Below are positions 36,086 to 47,067 of a stretch of DNA of 64,000 nucleotides, in pieces (position 1 is the stretch's first letter; each line of letters starts with the position of its first letter). The notes below the pieces were generated by a model. It searched no databases and was not told the DNA's origin. It saw only the letters and a list, made by a program, of their open reading frames with translations. The position numbers were made by a program, and so were the translations under genes. Origin of the DNA: an uncultured Alphaproteobacteria bacterium (GTDB taxonomy: Bacteria > Pseudomonadota > Alphaproteobacteria > Rhizobiales > Beijerinckiaceae); contig CAVTSD010000008.1 of NCBI GenBank assembly GCA_963737365.1, forward strand, positions 23,504 through 87,503, written 5' to 3'.

Positions 36086-37282
36086 TTAAGCCGCGACGTC
36101 GGCGACCACGGTGTCGAGCAGCGGCGCGCCCATCGCGGTCACCCGAATACGCCCGCGCTCGTCGAGCTCCAGGAAGCCGTCTTCGACGAGGCTCCGAATC
36201 CGCTCGGGATCGATGAGGCGCCCGCTGACCTTCTCAAACGCCCGCGGATCGACGCCCTCGCTTAGACGCAAGCCCATCAGCAGGAACTCGTCGCCCTGCT
36301 CCTCGCGACTGAGTGGCGTGCTCTCGACCAAACCGTTGCCCTCGCTCTCGACCAGCGTCAGCCACATTTCCGGGTGCCGCTCGGTCTCCTGCGCGAGCCG
36401 CCCCTTCGCCGTCACGAGGCGGCCATGCGCCCCGGGCCCAACGCCCGCATATTCGCCGTAACGCCAATAGATGAGATTGTGGCGGCTCTCGCCGCCGGGA
36501 CGCGCATGGTTCGACACCTCATAAGCCGGCAACCCGCGCGCGTAGGTCAATTCGCGCGTTGCCTGGAACAAGGCGAGGCCCAGCTCCTCGTCAGGCAGCT
36601 CGAGCTTGCCCGTGTCACGCAAGCGCTCGAACATCGTGTCCGGCTCGATGGTCAGTTGATAGAGCGAAATGTGGTCGCCGACATAATTGAGTCCCTCGGC
36701 GAGCTCGCGCCGCCAAGCAGCCTCGTTCTGTCCGGGCCGTCCGTAAATGAGATCAAAGGTGAAGCGTGGAAACAGCGACGCCGCGAGCCTCACCGCGGCC
36801 AAAGCCTCGACGACTGTGTGCTTGCGGCCAAGAGCCTTGAGGTCAAAGTCGTTCAGCGCCTGCACGCCAATCGACAGGCGGTTGACGCCAGCCGACCGAT
36901 AGCCGCGAAATCGCTCGGCTTCGACGCTGGTCGGATTGGCTTCGAGCGTGATCTCCGCGTCCTTATCGAGGCGCCAGGCGGATGAGATTGCGTCGATGAC
37001 GCCTTGCACCGTCTCGGGGCGCATCAGCGAGGGCGTTCCGCCGCCAAAGAACACCGAGCGCACCGTCCGGCGTGGTGCAAGCTGCGCCCGGTGGGCGATC
37101 TCCGCCTTAAAGGCGGCTAGATAGCGCGCCTCGTCGATGGCCGCGCCGCGCACGTGGCTGTTGAAGTCGCAATAAGGACATTTCGACAGGCAGAACGGCC
37201 AATGCACGTAGACCCCGAATCCCGGGTCGGCGGGAGGGGTCCGGTCGGCGCTCGCGGCGGGCGCGATCACGCTACGAATCAT
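36086..37282 (-). CDS. hemW: Radical SAM heme chaperone HemW (HemN-like)
   Basis: GVYVHWPFCLSKCPYCDFNSH, FFGGGTPSL, TLEANP, DLIYGRP, YEVSNHA, HNLIYW. Confidence 0.93.
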   Translation of the reverse strand: MIRSVIAPAASADRTPPADPGFGVYVHWPFCLSKCPYCDFNSHVRGAAIDEARYLAAFKAEIAHRAQLAPRRTVRSVFFGGGTPSLMRPETVQGVIDAISSAWRLDKDAEITLEANPTSVEAERFRGYRSAGVNRLSIGVQALNDFDLKALGRKHTVVEALAAVRLAASLFPRFTFDLIYGRPGQNEAAWRRELAEGLNYVGDHISLYQLTIEPDTMFERLRDTGKLELPDEELGLALFQATRELTYARGLPAYEVSNHARPGGESRHNLIYWRYGEYAGVGPGAHGRLVTAKGRLAQETERHPEMWLTLVESEGNGLVESTPLSREEQGDEFLLMGLRLSEGVDPRAFEKVSGRLIDPERIRSLVEDGFLELDERGRIRVTAMGAPLLDTVVADVAA

Positions 37283-37340
37283 CGTGTCGTTATGCCAGCG
37301 AACCAGGGCGCGCGCCAGCCCAGCGCGTTACCTTCTGGCG

Positions 37341-37679
37341 TCACAACGCCTCGTCGCCGGTTTCGGCCGTGCGGATGCGCATCGCCCGCTCGATCGGAAG
37401 GACGAAAATCTTGCCGTCGCCGATCTGGCCGGTGCGCGCGGACGCCCGGATCGCCTCCATCGTCGACTCGACCTCATTGTCGCTGACGGCGATCTCGAGG
37501 CGCACTTTTGGCATGAAGGCGACGTTGTACTCGGAGCCACGATAGATTTCAGTGTGTCCCTTCTGCCGACCGTAGCCATTGGCTTCGCTAACCGTCATTC
37601 CCTTCACGCCCAGCCGATCGAGCGCCGTTCGCACTTCATCCAGTTTGAACGGCTTGATGACCGCCACGATAATCTTCAT
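37341..37679 (-). CDS. P-II family nitrogen regulatory protein (GlnK/GlnB-like)
   Basis: 112 aa; IKPFKLDEVR, GRQKGHTEIYRG (Tyr51 retained), TGQIGDGKIFV. Confidence 0.95.
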   Translation of the reverse strand: MKIIVAVIKPFKLDEVRTALDRLGVKGMTVSEANGYGRQKGHTEIYRGSEYNVAFMPKVRLEIAVSDNEVESTMEAIRASARTGQIGDGKIFVLPIERAMRIRTAETGDEAL

Positions 37680-38032
37680 GACCGCACGCCCTCGAAAGAC
37701 CAAGTCTCAGGTCTTTCGCTATGCTGGCAAAGTCGCTCACGCAAGCGCGCATTACACGCAGGCCCATGTTTACAGTCGAGCGAAGACCACGTGTCGCCAA
37801 GCGGCAGGGGTCGCGTCCATTAGCCGCACGACCTCCAATCGCCGTCGTTGGATATCTTGTCACCAGCTCACGCGGCTGGCCAGACCCAGTCTCTCCGCGC
37901 GCTCAGCCCGAGCCGCTCGAGGCCCGTTTCGACAGCCGGCGCATGTCACGTTACTACCGCCTGCGTACCCCTTCCGCTACAAGGGTGGGAACCTAGGTTG
38001 AGCGTTTGCGCTCAGCCTTCAGCGCTGGCCGC

Positions 38033-38494
38033 TTATCTTTCGAGATCAGCGACCGTCGGCATCCGGCCGTTCGGCGTCAGATGATTGATGATCTGCGGCA
38101 ACACAGTCGAAAGCTGGCTGAGCAGTTCTTGCTGGCTCATGCCGGTGCGCTGCGAAAGCTCGGCAAGCACATTTTGGCCGAGCGCCGAACCGAGCTGTCC
38201 GGGCTGAACGGGCTCATTCGGCCCGTGGCCGACCCAGGAATTGACTTGCGGCGCCACGCCCCCCGCGCTGAGCTTGCCGATAAGATCCGAAAGGCCGCCC
38301 AGAATGCTGCCAGCGGGCGCGTTTGTCGGAATGGGTTGCCCTGGCTGCGGCATCGGCGCGGCCGGCGGCGACGCTGGCGCGGAGCTGCCCCCGAATATCT
38401 TGCCAAGGATCAGCGCGCCGACGGCGACAGCGATCGGCGTCGCCAGATTGCCGCCTGGAACCGCATTTTTCATCGCCTCGTCAAATGAAGCCAT
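38033..38494 (-). CDS. YidB / DUF937-family protein
   Basis: GGLSDLIGKLSAGG...NSWVGHGPNEPV...LSTVLPQIINHLTPNG. Confidence 0.85.
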   Translation of the reverse strand: MASFDEAMKNAVPGGNLATPIAVAVGALILGKIFGGSSAPASPPAAPMPQPGQPIPTNAPAGSILGGLSDLIGKLSAGGVAPQVNSWVGHGPNEPVQPGQLGSALGQNVLAELSQRTGMSQQELLSQLSTVLPQIINHLTPNGRMPTVADLER

Positions 38495-38650
38495 TGTTGT
38501 TTCCTCCACTTCAATCCAAATCGCAAAACACGTGCTTCGACCGCAGCCTAGCGCCGCAATCCGAAGATATGACAACCAAGACTATCGGCTTGCGTTTTCC
38601 ACGTCCATACCGCAAAGTTCCATCTTCAAATCAAACGGGAGGGTCTCGCA

Positions 38651-38902
38651 ATGGGCGTTATCGCATGGATCATTTTTGGTCTGATCGCCGGTTTCATCGC
38701 CAGCAAGATCGTCAATAAGTCTGGTTCCGGACTCGTGATGGATATCGTGCTTGGCATCGTCGGCGCAATCGTCGGTGGCTTCATCGCCGCTGAGCTCGTG
38801 GGCGCGGGCATTACCGGTTTCAACATCTGGAGTCTCGTGGTCGCTGTGCTCGGCGCCATCGTTGTGCTTTGGCTCTACCACACGGTCGTCCGGCGAGCCT
38901 GA
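38651..38902 (+). CDS. GlsB/YeaQ/YmgE (transglycosylase-associated) membrane protein
   Basis: WIIFGLIAGFIASKIV...DIVLGIVGAIVGG...AVLGAIVVL; SD GGGAGG. Confidence 0.92.
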   Translation: MGVIAWIIFGLIAGFIASKIVNKSGSGLVMDIVLGIVGAIVGGFIAAELVGAGITGFNIWSLVVAVLGAIVVLWLYHTVVRRA

Positions 38903-38911
38903 CGCAAACCC

Positions 38912-39373
38912 TCAACCGGCACCGCTCCACCGCGCCGCCGAACGGTCGTCCTCCGCTTTGGATTCGATCCATCCTTCGACCGCGCCATCGTTGCGTATCG
39001 CGCGCTTCCAGAAAGGCGCCCGGGTTTTAAGATAATCCATCAGCATCTCCGCCGCCGCGAACGCGGCGCCGCGATGCTCGGCGGCGACCGCGACGAACAC
39101 GATCCGCTCGCCAGGCGCGATGCGGCCATAGCGATGGATGAGGGTTAAGCCCAGAAGCGGCCATCGCGCTTCGGCCTCCGCCGCCGCGCGGCCAATCTCC
39201 GCCTCGGCCATGCCGGGATAATGCTCGAGCTCGAGGGCGGCCAGCGATCCGCCTTCGTCGCGGCAATGGCCGACAAAGCTCACAACGGCGCCGACGTCAG
39301 TGCGCCCGCGCGCAAGCGCTTCGGCCTCCGCGCCTGGGTCAAAATTGTCTCGCTGGACGCGAATCGTCGCCAT
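38912..39373 (-). CDS. moaE: Molybdopterin synthase catalytic subunit
   Basis: GAVVSFVG, LELEHYPGMA, IHRYG, DYLKTRAPFWK. Confidence 0.95.
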   Translation of the reverse strand: MATIRVQRDNFDPGAEAEALARGRTDVGAVVSFVGHCRDEGGSLAALELEHYPGMAEAEIGRAAAEAEARWPLLGLTLIHRYGRIAPGERIVFVAVAAEHRGAAFAAAEMLMDYLKTRAPFWKRAIRNDGAVEGWIESKAEDDRSAARWSGAG

Positions 39374-39378
39374 TGCTT

Positions 39379-39630
39379 TCAGCCGCCTGTCATCGGTGGA
39401 AAGAAAGCAACTTCCCTCACCCCCATGATCAACGTGTCGCTCCGGGCATGAACCCGATCGAGCGCGGCGCGAACAGTCGCAGGCTTCTCGAACGCGAGGG
39501 CATACCCCTCCCCGCGCTCACGGAGCCAGGCGACCAGGTCGCCGACGGTCTTGACCGTCGGAGGCGGATCGAGCTCTTCTTCGGCCCTGCCGACGCGTTC
39601 GCGGACCCAGGCGAAGTAAAGCGCCTTCAT
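39379..39630 (-). CDS. moaD: Molybdopterin synthase sulfur carrier
   Basis: LYFAWVRE...[11 protein letters not shown]-terminal Gly-Gly. Confidence 0.95.
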   Translation of the reverse strand: MKALYFAWVRERVGRAEEELDPPPTVKTVGDLVAWLRERGEGYALAFEKPATVRAALDRVHARSDTLIMGVREVAFFPPMTGG

Positions 39631-39637
39631 GATCGTC

Positions 39638-40249
39638 TCAGTCGTGGCCTACGTTGTCGTAGCTCGCCTTCATATAGTCCCAGCCGGTGTAAAGCGTAAC
39701 CAACGCGGCGATCCACAAAAGAACAATTCCGGTCGTGACGGCCTCCGGCAGCACGGCTTCACCGGCTGGACCGGCGATCAGGAAGCCAAGGGCGATGAAC
39801 TGGACGACAGTCTTCCACTTGGCGAGCGCAGTAACCGGCAGCGGGACCCTAAGCTCGGCCAGATGCTCGCGCAGACCCGAGACCAGGATTTCCCGGCAGA
39901 GGATGACGATCGCGGCCGAAAGGGTCGGGCCGGAAATGGTCTGATTGGCGGCCAACACCAGGATCACCGCCGAAACGAGAAGCTTGTCGGCGATCGGGTC
40001 CAGCATTCTCCCAAGCGAGGACTGCTGCGACCAGGCGCGCGCCAGATAGCCATCGAAGAAATCGCTGATTCCAGCGGCGATGAAGATCGCGAGCGCCGTC
40101 CATCGCGCCCACGGCACTTGCGGCCAGAACAGGAATCCGGCGACAAGCGGAACCGCCGCGACCCGCGCATAAGTCAGGATGTTGGGCAAAGACCAATTGC
40201 GGCTTGGCTGACGGGCTGTAGAGGAAACCATTTGCGGCGCAGCAGACAT
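39638..40249 (-). CDS. pgsA: CDP-diacylglycerol--glycerol-3-phosphate 3-phosphatidyltransferase
   Basis: [19 protein letters not shown]...[24 protein letters not shown]. Confidence 0.95.
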   Translation of the reverse strand: MSAAPQMVSSTARQPSRNWSLPNILTYARVAAVPLVAGFLFWPQVPWARWTALAIFIAAGISDFFDGYLARAWSQQSSLGRMLDPIADKLLVSAVILVLAANQTISGPTLSAAIVILCREILVSGLREHLAELRVPLPVTALAKWKTVVQFIALGFLIAGPAGEAVLPEAVTTGIVLLWIAALVTLYTGWDYMKASYDNVGHD

Positions 40250-40411
40250 CGTGCCTCTTCGCCCGTCAATAGCGAGAACAGGCGCGGGCCGCTACGAGGC
40301 GTCGGTTCGTCGCCGCAGACAAAACTGGGGACGGTGGCGACACTCTCGTCTCGGCGAGCGCAACTTCGTTTAACGTCAATCCCTTCACCGTCTGCCCAGG
40401 ACCCGCGCCCC

Positions 40412-41041
40412 ATGTCCAATGTTCACGTCGTCGCCCATCCGCTGGTGCAGCATAAGCTGACGCTGATGCGTGACAAGACCGTGTCGACCAAGGGCTTCCG
40501 GCAACTCATGAACGAGATCGGCATGCTGCTCGCCTACGAGGTGACGCGCGATTTGCCGCTCGAGATGGTCAGTGTCGAAACCCCGATCACCCAAACAATG
40601 GCGCCGACAATATCGGGTAAAAAGCTGGTGTTCGCTCCGATTTTGCGCGCAGGCGTTGGCTTTCTAGATGGAATGCTCGATCTCGTACCGAGCGCGCGGG
40701 TCGCTCACATCGGGCTCTATCGCGACCCGCAAACGCTCGAGGCGGTGGAATATTATTTCAAAGCCCCGGCGGACGTAGCGGACCGGTTGGTCATCGTGAT
40801 GGACCCGATGCTTGCGACCGCCAATTCAGCAGTCGCCGCAATCGACCGCCTCAAGCGGCGGGGGGTGAAGGACATCCGTTTCGTCTGCCTCCTCGCCGCC
40901 CCTGAGGGGATCGGACGGCTGACCAACGCGCATCCCGATGTTCAGATCTGGACCGCGGCCATCGATGAGCGGCTGAACGAGCACGGCTACATCGTTCCTG
41001 GCCTGGGCGACGCGGGCGACCGGATGTTCGGCACGAAGTAG
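40412..41041 (+). CDS. upp: Uracil phosphoribosyltransferase
   Basis: [36 protein letters not shown]. Confidence 0.97.
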   Translation: MSNVHVVAHPLVQHKLTLMRDKTVSTKGFRQLMNEIGMLLAYEVTRDLPLEMVSVETPITQTMAPTISGKKLVFAPILRAGVGFLDGMLDLVPSARVAHIGLYRDPQTLEAVEYYFKAPADVADRLVIVMDPMLATANSAVAAIDRLKRRGVKDIRFVCLLAAPEGIGRLTNAHPDVQIWTAAIDERLNEHGYIVPGLGDAGDRMFGTK

Positions 41042-41138
41042 AAGCGCCGGGTTCCGATCGCCTCGCCCGGCTTCCGTGCGGCTCGGCCTTGGCGAGCGAC
41101 CAGTCCAAACCCGAGATTACCAAACGCTGTACAGCGGT

Positions 41139-41546
41139 TTACTTGCGGCGGCGGCGTTGCTGGCCAAGGCCCATCTGCTTCGCGAGGGCGGACCGGGCCT
41201 TGGCGTAAGCCGGAGCGACCATGGGATAATCGGACGGCAGGCCCCACTTCTCACGATATTCTTCTGGAGACAAGTTATATTGGGTCCGCAAATGCCGCTT
41301 CAACGACTTAAATTTTCGACCGTCCTCTAAACAGATGATGTAGTCGCTGGTAATCGACTTCTTCGGCGGGACGGCGGGTTTGGCTGCTTCGACTACGACC
41401 GGTTGTGCGCCAGTCGAGACACGCACCAGTGCTGCGTGAACGTCGCTGAGAAGCGACGGCAACTCGCTCGACGGCACAGAATTGTTCGACACATAGGCCG
41501 ATACAATTTCCGCGGCGAGTTCAATGTGGTTGGTGGAATCGCTCAT
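41139..41546 (-). CDS. mucR: MucR/Ros family zinc-finger nucleoid-associated regulator
   Basis: [47 protein letters not shown]. Confidence 0.95.
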   Translation of the reverse strand: MSDSTNHIELAAEIVSAYVSNNSVPSSELPSLLSDVHAALVRVSTGAQPVVVEAAKPAVPPKKSITSDYIICLEDGRKFKSLKRHLRTQYNLSPEEYREKWGLPSDYPMVAPAYAKARSALAKQMGLGQQRRRRK

Positions 41547-42097
41547 TGTTGACGTTACTCCAATAATTTGCCTGCGGGGAGAGCGCCCAAGTGACGATCA
41601 TCTTCAGGCCCTTCTTTGCTCATCCGACTACGACAGGCATTCTCTTTTTAGTCGCCTGTTGCGACTTGGGGCGGAAGCGACATAGCGCAAAACAAAGCAT
41701 ACCACAAGACAAGATATGAAGACTTCAACTACGGCGATCGATGGAGAGCGGGTGAATACTCACAATGAGCTGCAGGAAAGACGATGAATTTATATAAAAA
41801 AACAACTCGGTTCGCTTGACAGGCGAAAATTATCGTGCAGCGAGCGCTTTGCCCGAATCATAGTAGGCCGTTCTCAGGATCGTCGGACGTCCAGTCAAAA
41901 GTTTACGCTTGTCCATAACTGCAAGCAAAGAAGAAGCGGGGGATTAATTCGCCGCAGCACATGGCCCTTCATTTGCGTCGCTGCTTTGCGAACCGGGATC
42001 GATCCTGGGAATATGGCGGCTGTGAGGATGTCATCGGCGCTCAAAGCGATTATATGCGGCTTGCCGATGCAGTTGGTCGGCCTCTGCGTGAGCTCCA

Positions 42098-44071
42098 ATG
42101 CAGCATCAAAAGACGTCAGCGTTCATCGCGGCGCGCAACAAGGCGGCGCGGCCAGATACGCTGTTGGGAACGGTCGAGCTTCTATGGCCTTACATCTGGC
42201 CCGCAGAACGCGCTGATCTCAAGCTGCGCGTATTTCTCGCCGTCGCGCTGATGCTGCTCTCGAAACTGTTCACGATTGCCATCCCCTATTCTTATAAATG
42301 GGCGACTGACGCGGTCGCCAACAAGCTCGCGCTCGATGCGATCCCGCTGCCCGGCGTTCTGCTCGGGGCGGCGGCGATGACGGCTCTTTATGGGGTTTTG
42401 CGTATCCTGATGGCCTTCACCCAGCAGGGGCGCGACGCCCTCTTCGCGGCCGTCGCCATGAACGCGGTGAGAAGGTTGGCGATCGAAGTCTTCGACCATT
42501 TGCATCGGCTATCGCTGCGTTTCCATCTAGAGCGCAAGACCGGAGGACTGACACGCGTTCTCGAACGCGGACGCAACGCGATCGAGACCATAATTCGGAC
42601 CTCGATGCTGACCGCCGTCCCGACGGCAGTCGAATTCGTCCTGGTCGTCGCGGCGATGCTGATCTCGTTCGACTGGCGCTATGTCGTAGTGATCAGCGTG
42701 ACGGTGGTCGCGTATCTGATCTTCACGACGATAGCCACCAATTGGCGCATCGGGATTCGGCGTTCGATGAACGAGAGCGACACCGACGCCAACACGAAGG
42801 CGATCGACAGCCTGCTCAACTTCGAGACGGTGAAATACTTTGGCGCCGAGGACCGCGAGTCGGGGCGATACGATAAAGCGATGGCGCGGTACGAGCACAC
42901 GAGCGTGCGAACCTATGTTTCGCTCGCGGTTCTCAATGCTGGTCAGGCGTTTATTTTTACCCTCGGTCTGGTTGTGGTCCTTCTGATGTGCGTCGCCGAG
43001 GTTAGAAGCGGCGCCAAGACTGTCGGCGCATTTGTGCTCGTCAACCTGATCATGCTGCAACTCTATCAGCCTCTCAATTTCATGGGGATGGTCTATCGGG
43101 ACATCAAGCAAGCGATTATCGACGTCGAGGCTATGTTCACCATTCTGGCGCAGAATCCCGAGATCGAAGACGTTCCCGGCGCTCAGCCTTTGAAGGTGAC
43201 CACCGGCGCGGTCCGGTTCGATAATGTCGACTTCGCTTATGATCCCGTCAGACCTATTCTGCGCGGAGTTTCGTTCGAAGCGCCCGCGGGGCATACGATC
43301 GCCATCGTTGGCCCATCGGGGGCCGGCAAGTCGACGATATCGCGACTCCTGTTCCGGTTCTATGAGCCGAATGCAGGGCGCATATTGATCGATGGACAAG
43401 ATATTCGCGCCGTCACCCAGAGTTCGCTGCGCGCGGCGATCGGCATGGTGCCGCAGGACACGGTGCTCTTCAATGACACGATCCTCTACAACATCCAGTA
43501 CGGGCGCGACGGTGCGAGCGAACGCGAAGTAGCGGCCGCGGCCGAGAATGCGCAGATCGACCGGTTCATCCGCTCGCTTCCCCAAGGATACGAGTCGGCA
43601 GTCGGAGAGCGGGGTCTCAAGCTGTCGGGCGGTGAGAAGCAGCGGGTGGCGATTGCGCGCACAATGCTCAAGGCGCCTCCGATTCTGGTGCTCGACGAGG
43701 CGACGTCGGCGCTCGACAGTTTTACCGAGCGCGACATTCAGTCGGCGCTTGAGCGCGTCTCCAGCGGCCGCACGACGATTGTGATCGCCCATCGCCTGTC
43801 GACCGTGGTCAACGCTGACGAGATTCTGGTCCTCGACAAGGGCGTTATCGCCGAGCGCGGTTCTCATCAGGAGCTTCTGGCGCGAGGCGGAACCTATGCT
43901 GCGCTGTGGAGTCGCCAGAGGCAGGTCGACGCGGCGCAGGAATTATTGCGGCAAGCTGGCCGTGAAGAAGACTTGGCCGAAGAAGACTTGGCTGAAGAAG
44001 ACTTGGGCGGAGAGGACCTGGGCGAAGCAGATCCGGGAGCCTCTGGTTTCGTCCCTCAGCCAGCGCCGTGA
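42098..44071 (+). CDS. Atm1/ABCB7-type ABC exporter (fused permease and ATPase)
   Basis: [67 protein letters not shown]. Confidence 0.93.
   Translation: MQHQKTSAFIAARNKAARPDTLLGTVELLWPYIWPAERADLKLRVFLAVALMLLSKLFTIAIPYSYKWATDAVANKLALDAIPLPGVLLGAAAMTALYGVLRILMAFTQQGRDALFAAVAMNAVRRLAIEVFDHLHRLSLRFHLERKTGGLTRVLERGRNAIETIIRTSMLTAVPTAVEFVLVVAAMLISFDWRYVVVISVTVVAYLIFTTIATNWRIGIRRSMNESDTDANTKAIDSLLNFETVKYFGAEDRESGRYDKAMARYEHTSVRTYVSLAVLNAGQAFIFTLGLVVVLLMCVAEVRSGAKTVGAFVLVNLIMLQLYQPLNFMGMVYRDIKQAIIDVEAMFTILAQNPEIEDVPGAQPLKVTTGAVRFDNVDFAYDPVRPILRGVSFEAPAGHTIAIVGPSGAGKSTISRLLFRFYEPNAGRILIDGQDIRAVTQSSLRAAIGMVPQDTVLFNDTILYNIQYGRDGASEREVAAAAENAQIDRFIRSLPQGYESAVGERGLKLSGGEKQRVAIARTMLKAPPILVLDEATSALDSFTERDIQSALERVSSGRTTIVIAHRLSTVVNADEILVLDKGVIAERGSHQELLARGGTYAALWSRQRQVDAAQELLRQAGREEDLAEEDLAEEDLGGEDLGEADPGASGFVPQPAP
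43964..44038 (+). repeat. 15-bp in-frame tandem repeat (EEDLA x5, degenerating)
   Basis: GAAGAAGACTTGGCC, GAAGAAGACTTGGCT, GAAGAAGACTTGGGC, GGAGAGGACCTGGGC, GAAGCAGATCCGGGA. Confidence 0.9.
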
Positions 44072-44126
44072 CATCGCAGTCGAATGGCGCCATGAGTGCG
44101 CCCGGATTGTCCTCGAGCCCCAATCA

Positions 44127-44825
44127 ATGAGCATCGTCAAATCGCTCCGAAGTCAACTCGCGCCGATCCATCCTGAAGGCTATAAGTTCGTGTTCGGCTT
44201 CGCCGTCGCGACGCTGTTCCTGTGGTGGGTATGGGCGCCGCTCGGCTGGCTCGGCCTCATCGCGACGCTTTGGTGCGCTTATTTCTTTCGCGATCCTCCG
44301 CGCGTGACCCCGGTCCGGAACGACCTCGTCATCGCGCCTGCTGACGGCGTGGTCAGCTTCGCCGGCCTTGCCGCGCCCCCGCCAGAGCTTGGCCTCGGCA
44401 TGGCGCCGTTGCAGCGGGTGTCGATCTTTATGTCTGTCTTCGATTGCCACGTGAACCGCGCGCCCGTCCAAGGACGGGTGGCTCAGATCGTTTATCACCC
44501 AGGGCTCTTCCTCAGCGCCGACCTCGATAAGGCGAGCGAGGACAACGAGCGCAACAGCCTTGTGATCGATGCGCCGTCTGGACGGTTCGGCATGGTGCAG
44601 ATCGCGGGGCTCGTCGCTCGGCGTATCGTGTGCTTCACGCGTGAAGGCGCGCTTGTCGGAGCTGGCGAGCGCGTCGGCCTGATCCGCTTCGGCTCGCGCG
44701 TCGATGTCTATCTGCCGCCGGGCGCGCAGGTCGTGGTGGGCGTGAGTTCGCGCGCGATAGCCGGCGAGACCGTGATTGCGCAGGTCGCGGCCGAGGTCGG
44801 GCCGCCGCCCTTTCAGCGGAGCTGA
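44127..44825 (+). CDS. psd: Phosphatidylserine decarboxylase proenzyme
   Basis: [13 protein letters not shown]-like [36 protein letters not shown] autocleavage site. Confidence 0.95.
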   Translation: MSIVKSLRSQLAPIHPEGYKFVFGFAVATLFLWWVWAPLGWLGLIATLWCAYFFRDPPRVTPVRNDLVIAPADGVVSFAGLAAPPPELGLGMAPLQRVSIFMSVFDCHVNRAPVQGRVAQIVYHPGLFLSADLDKASEDNERNSLVIDAPSGRFGMVQIAGLVARRIVCFTREGALVGAGERVGLIRFGSRVDVYLPPGAQVVVGVSSRAIAGETVIAQVAAEVGPPPFQRS

Positions 44826-44826
44826 C

Positions 44827-45630
44827 GTGGGCGGCACGGGTCTTCCGCCCAACGCTCCGATCGCCGACGCGATGTTGGCGCGTCGTCGCGGGCTCCGGGC
44901 CGTCCCTCTCAGGCTTCTGATTCCCAATCTCATTACATTGTTTGCGCTCGGCCTAGGCTTGACCGCGATCCGTCTGGCCATGGAGGGGTCGATCGACTGG
45001 GCGGTCAGCGCGATCGCCGGCGCCGCGGTGCTCGATGGCCTCGACGGGCGAATCGCGCGTGCTTTGAAGGGCACCTCGCGTTTCGGCGCCGAACTCGATT
45101 CTCTGGCCGACTTCGTCGACTTCGGCGTCGCGCCCGCCCTGGTCCTATACGTCGCTGACCTGCATGCAGCCAAAAGCTTCGGCTGGGTTGCGGCGCTCGT
45201 TTTCGCCATGGCCTGCGCACTGCGGCTTGCCCGCTTCAACGTCATGATCGACGAAGATCACCCGGCGTGGCGCAAGCTCTTTTTCGTGGGCATGCCAGCG
45301 CCAGCTGGCGCAATCGTCGGCCTTCTGCCGATCTACTTCCATTACGCCTTCGATCTTGGCCAGCCGACCCGACAATTCGCAGTGGTCGAGAGCCTGTACG
45401 TGCTGGCTGTGGCTTTGTTGATGGCGAGCCGAGTGCCGCATTTCTCTGGCAAAACGATCGGCCGAGTGCCCCGCGAATATGTGTCGGTGGTGCTGGTCGG
45501 CGTCGCCGCGGCGCTTCTCATCCTGTTCAATTTTCCCATGCAAGCGCTGGTCGCCGTCACGCTCGCCTATCTTGCGTCGATTCCCTTCGCGGTCAGGCGT
45601 TATCGGGCGCTCGAGCGTTTGCCGCCATAG
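44827..45630 (+). CDS. pssA: CDP-diacylglycerol--serine O-phosphatidyltransferase
   Basis: IPNLITL, DGLDGRIAR...GAELDSLADFVDFGVAPA, LRLARFN, FFVGMPAPAG; follows psd; start uncertain. Confidence 0.92.
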   Translation: MGGTGLPPNAPIADAMLARRRGLRAVPLRLLIPNLITLFALGLGLTAIRLAMEGSIDWAVSAIAGAAVLDGLDGRIARALKGTSRFGAELDSLADFVDFGVAPALVLYVADLHAAKSFGWVAALVFAMACALRLARFNVMIDEDHPAWRKLFFVGMPAPAGAIVGLLPIYFHYAFDLGQPTRQFAVVESLYVLAVALLMASRVPHFSGKTIGRVPREYVSVVLVGVAAALLILFNFPMQALVAVTLAYLASIPFAVRRYRALERLPP

Positions 45631-45773
45631 CCGTCCAGTCCCGCGCGCCATTCGCACTTGCGCTCGATCGGGAGTCAGGCATCATAGGCTAGCGTTGGCG
45701 CGGCTAGGGGGCGCCGTGCTACCGGGTTCCGCCCGCGGCTCTTGTTTTGTTGCTTCCGAGGATCGGCGCTCGC

Positions 45774-47048
45774 ATGCTGACGCGAAACCTTTGTTCATTG
45801 ACGAGCTCGCGCCGGCGCGTCTTTCGCGCCGCTTGTGTTTTCGCCGCCACGGTCGCGCTCGCGGGCTGCAACGGCTCGAACAACGCCTACGCGCCCCCGC
45901 CGCCGCCAAAGGTCGCGGTCGCGCAGCCGTTGGTGAAGCCTGTCACGCTTTATCTCAATTTGACCGGCAACACGTCGCCCTTCAATTCGGTCGATCTCGT
46001 CGCTCGCGTGCAGGGCTTCCTCACCGACATCGACTATACCGACGGCTCCGCGGTCAAAGCGGGCGATAAGCTATTCGGCATCGAGCGCGATCAATACCAG
46101 GCTCAACTCGACCAGGCGAACGCGACCCTCGCGTCCAATCAGGCGACGCTCGCCTACAACCAAGCCGAATACCAGCGCCAGGCAACGTTGGGTAAGCAAG
46201 ATTTCGCCAGCCAAGCGACGGTGCAGGAATGGAAGTCGAAACAGGATGAAGCAGCCGCGCAAGTGCTGAACGCCAAGGCCGCCATCGAGACGGCCCAAAT
46301 CAACTTGAACTACACAACTGTGACCGCGCCCTTCAATGGAGTCGTGACCCGGCATCTTGTCGACTTGGGCGCGCTTGTCGGCGTGGGGTCGCCAACCAAA
46401 CTCGCGACCATCATCCAGCTCGATCCGCTCTACGTCTATTTCACGATAAGCGAGCCTCAAATTCTGCGGATCAAGGTGAATAACGCCAAGGCCGGCATCG
46501 AGTTTCGAACGACGGATCTCTCCGCAATTCCAGTCGAGATCGGGCTACAGGGCGAGGAAGGCTTTCCGCACCGAGGCCACATGGACTACGCGGCCCCTCA
46601 GGTCGACCAATCGACCGGCACGCTCGAAGTCCGCGCGATCTTCGACAATAAGGACCGCGGTCTGCTGCCTGGACTGTTCGTTCGCGTTCGGACGCCGGTG
46701 GAGAAACTGGACAAGGCGATTCTCGTGCCCGATGTGGCGCTCGGAACCAGCCAAGAAGGCCGGTATCTCCTGGTGGTCGGGCAGGACAATGTCGTCCAAC
46801 GCAAGCTCGTCAAAACAGGCGACCGCGAAGGACCCTACCGGATTATCGAGTCCGGGATCGATCCGGCCGACTGGGTCGTGACGGAAGGCGTCCAGCGCGC
46901 GATCCCCGGCGCGAAGGTTACGCCACAGCAGACGAAGCTCAACGAGGCCGCCGCGGATCAAGACAGCGCGCCTGCCGCGGCATCGGAACCACCGAAGCCG
47001 GCCCCGACGGATCCCACAAAGCCTGCTCCGACGGATCCGGCAAAGTGA
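45774..47048 (+). CDS. RND efflux periplasmic adaptor (MFP)
   Basis: Lipobox LAGC, VDLVARVQGFL, YTTVTAPFNG, VDQSTGT, LLPGLFVRV. Confidence 0.93.
   Translation: MLTRNLCSLTSSRRRVFRAACVFAATVALAGCNGSNNAYAPPPPPKVAVAQPLVKPVTLYLNLTGNTSPFNSVDLVARVQGFLTDIDYTDGSAVKAGDKLFGIERDQYQAQLDQANATLASNQATLAYNQAEYQRQATLGKQDFASQATVQEWKSKQDEAAAQVLNAKAAIETAQINLNYTTVTAPFNGVVTRHLVDLGALVGVGSPTKLATIIQLDPLYVYFTISEPQILRIKVNNAKAGIEFRTTDLSAIPVEIGLQGEEGFPHRGHMDYAAPQVDQSTGTLEVRAIFDNKDRGLLPGLFVRVRTPVEKLDKAILVPDVALGTSQEGRYLLVVGQDNVVQRKLVKTGDREGPYRIIESGIDPADWVVTEGVQRAIPGAKVTPQQTKLNEAAADQDSAPAAASEPPKPAPTDPTKPAPTDPAK
46995..47045 (+). repeat. 24-bp in-frame duplication (KPAPTDPT / KPAPTDPA)
   Basis: AAGCCGGCCCCGACGGATCCCACA followed by AAGCCTGCTCCGACGGATCCGGCA. 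Confidence 0.8.
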
Positions 47049-47067
47049 TGACGGGGGAAAAAGGCTC

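Noticed and set aside
39629-40411. Apparent 470-aa N-terminally extended Upp
   Set aside because: The extension overlaps pgsA on the opposite strand; the Upp domain starts at ATG 40412.
43896-44126. KKTW repeats at the N-terminus of the psd ORF
   Set aside because: Alternate-frame reading of the 15-bp repeat in the ABC transporter tail; psd starts at 44127.
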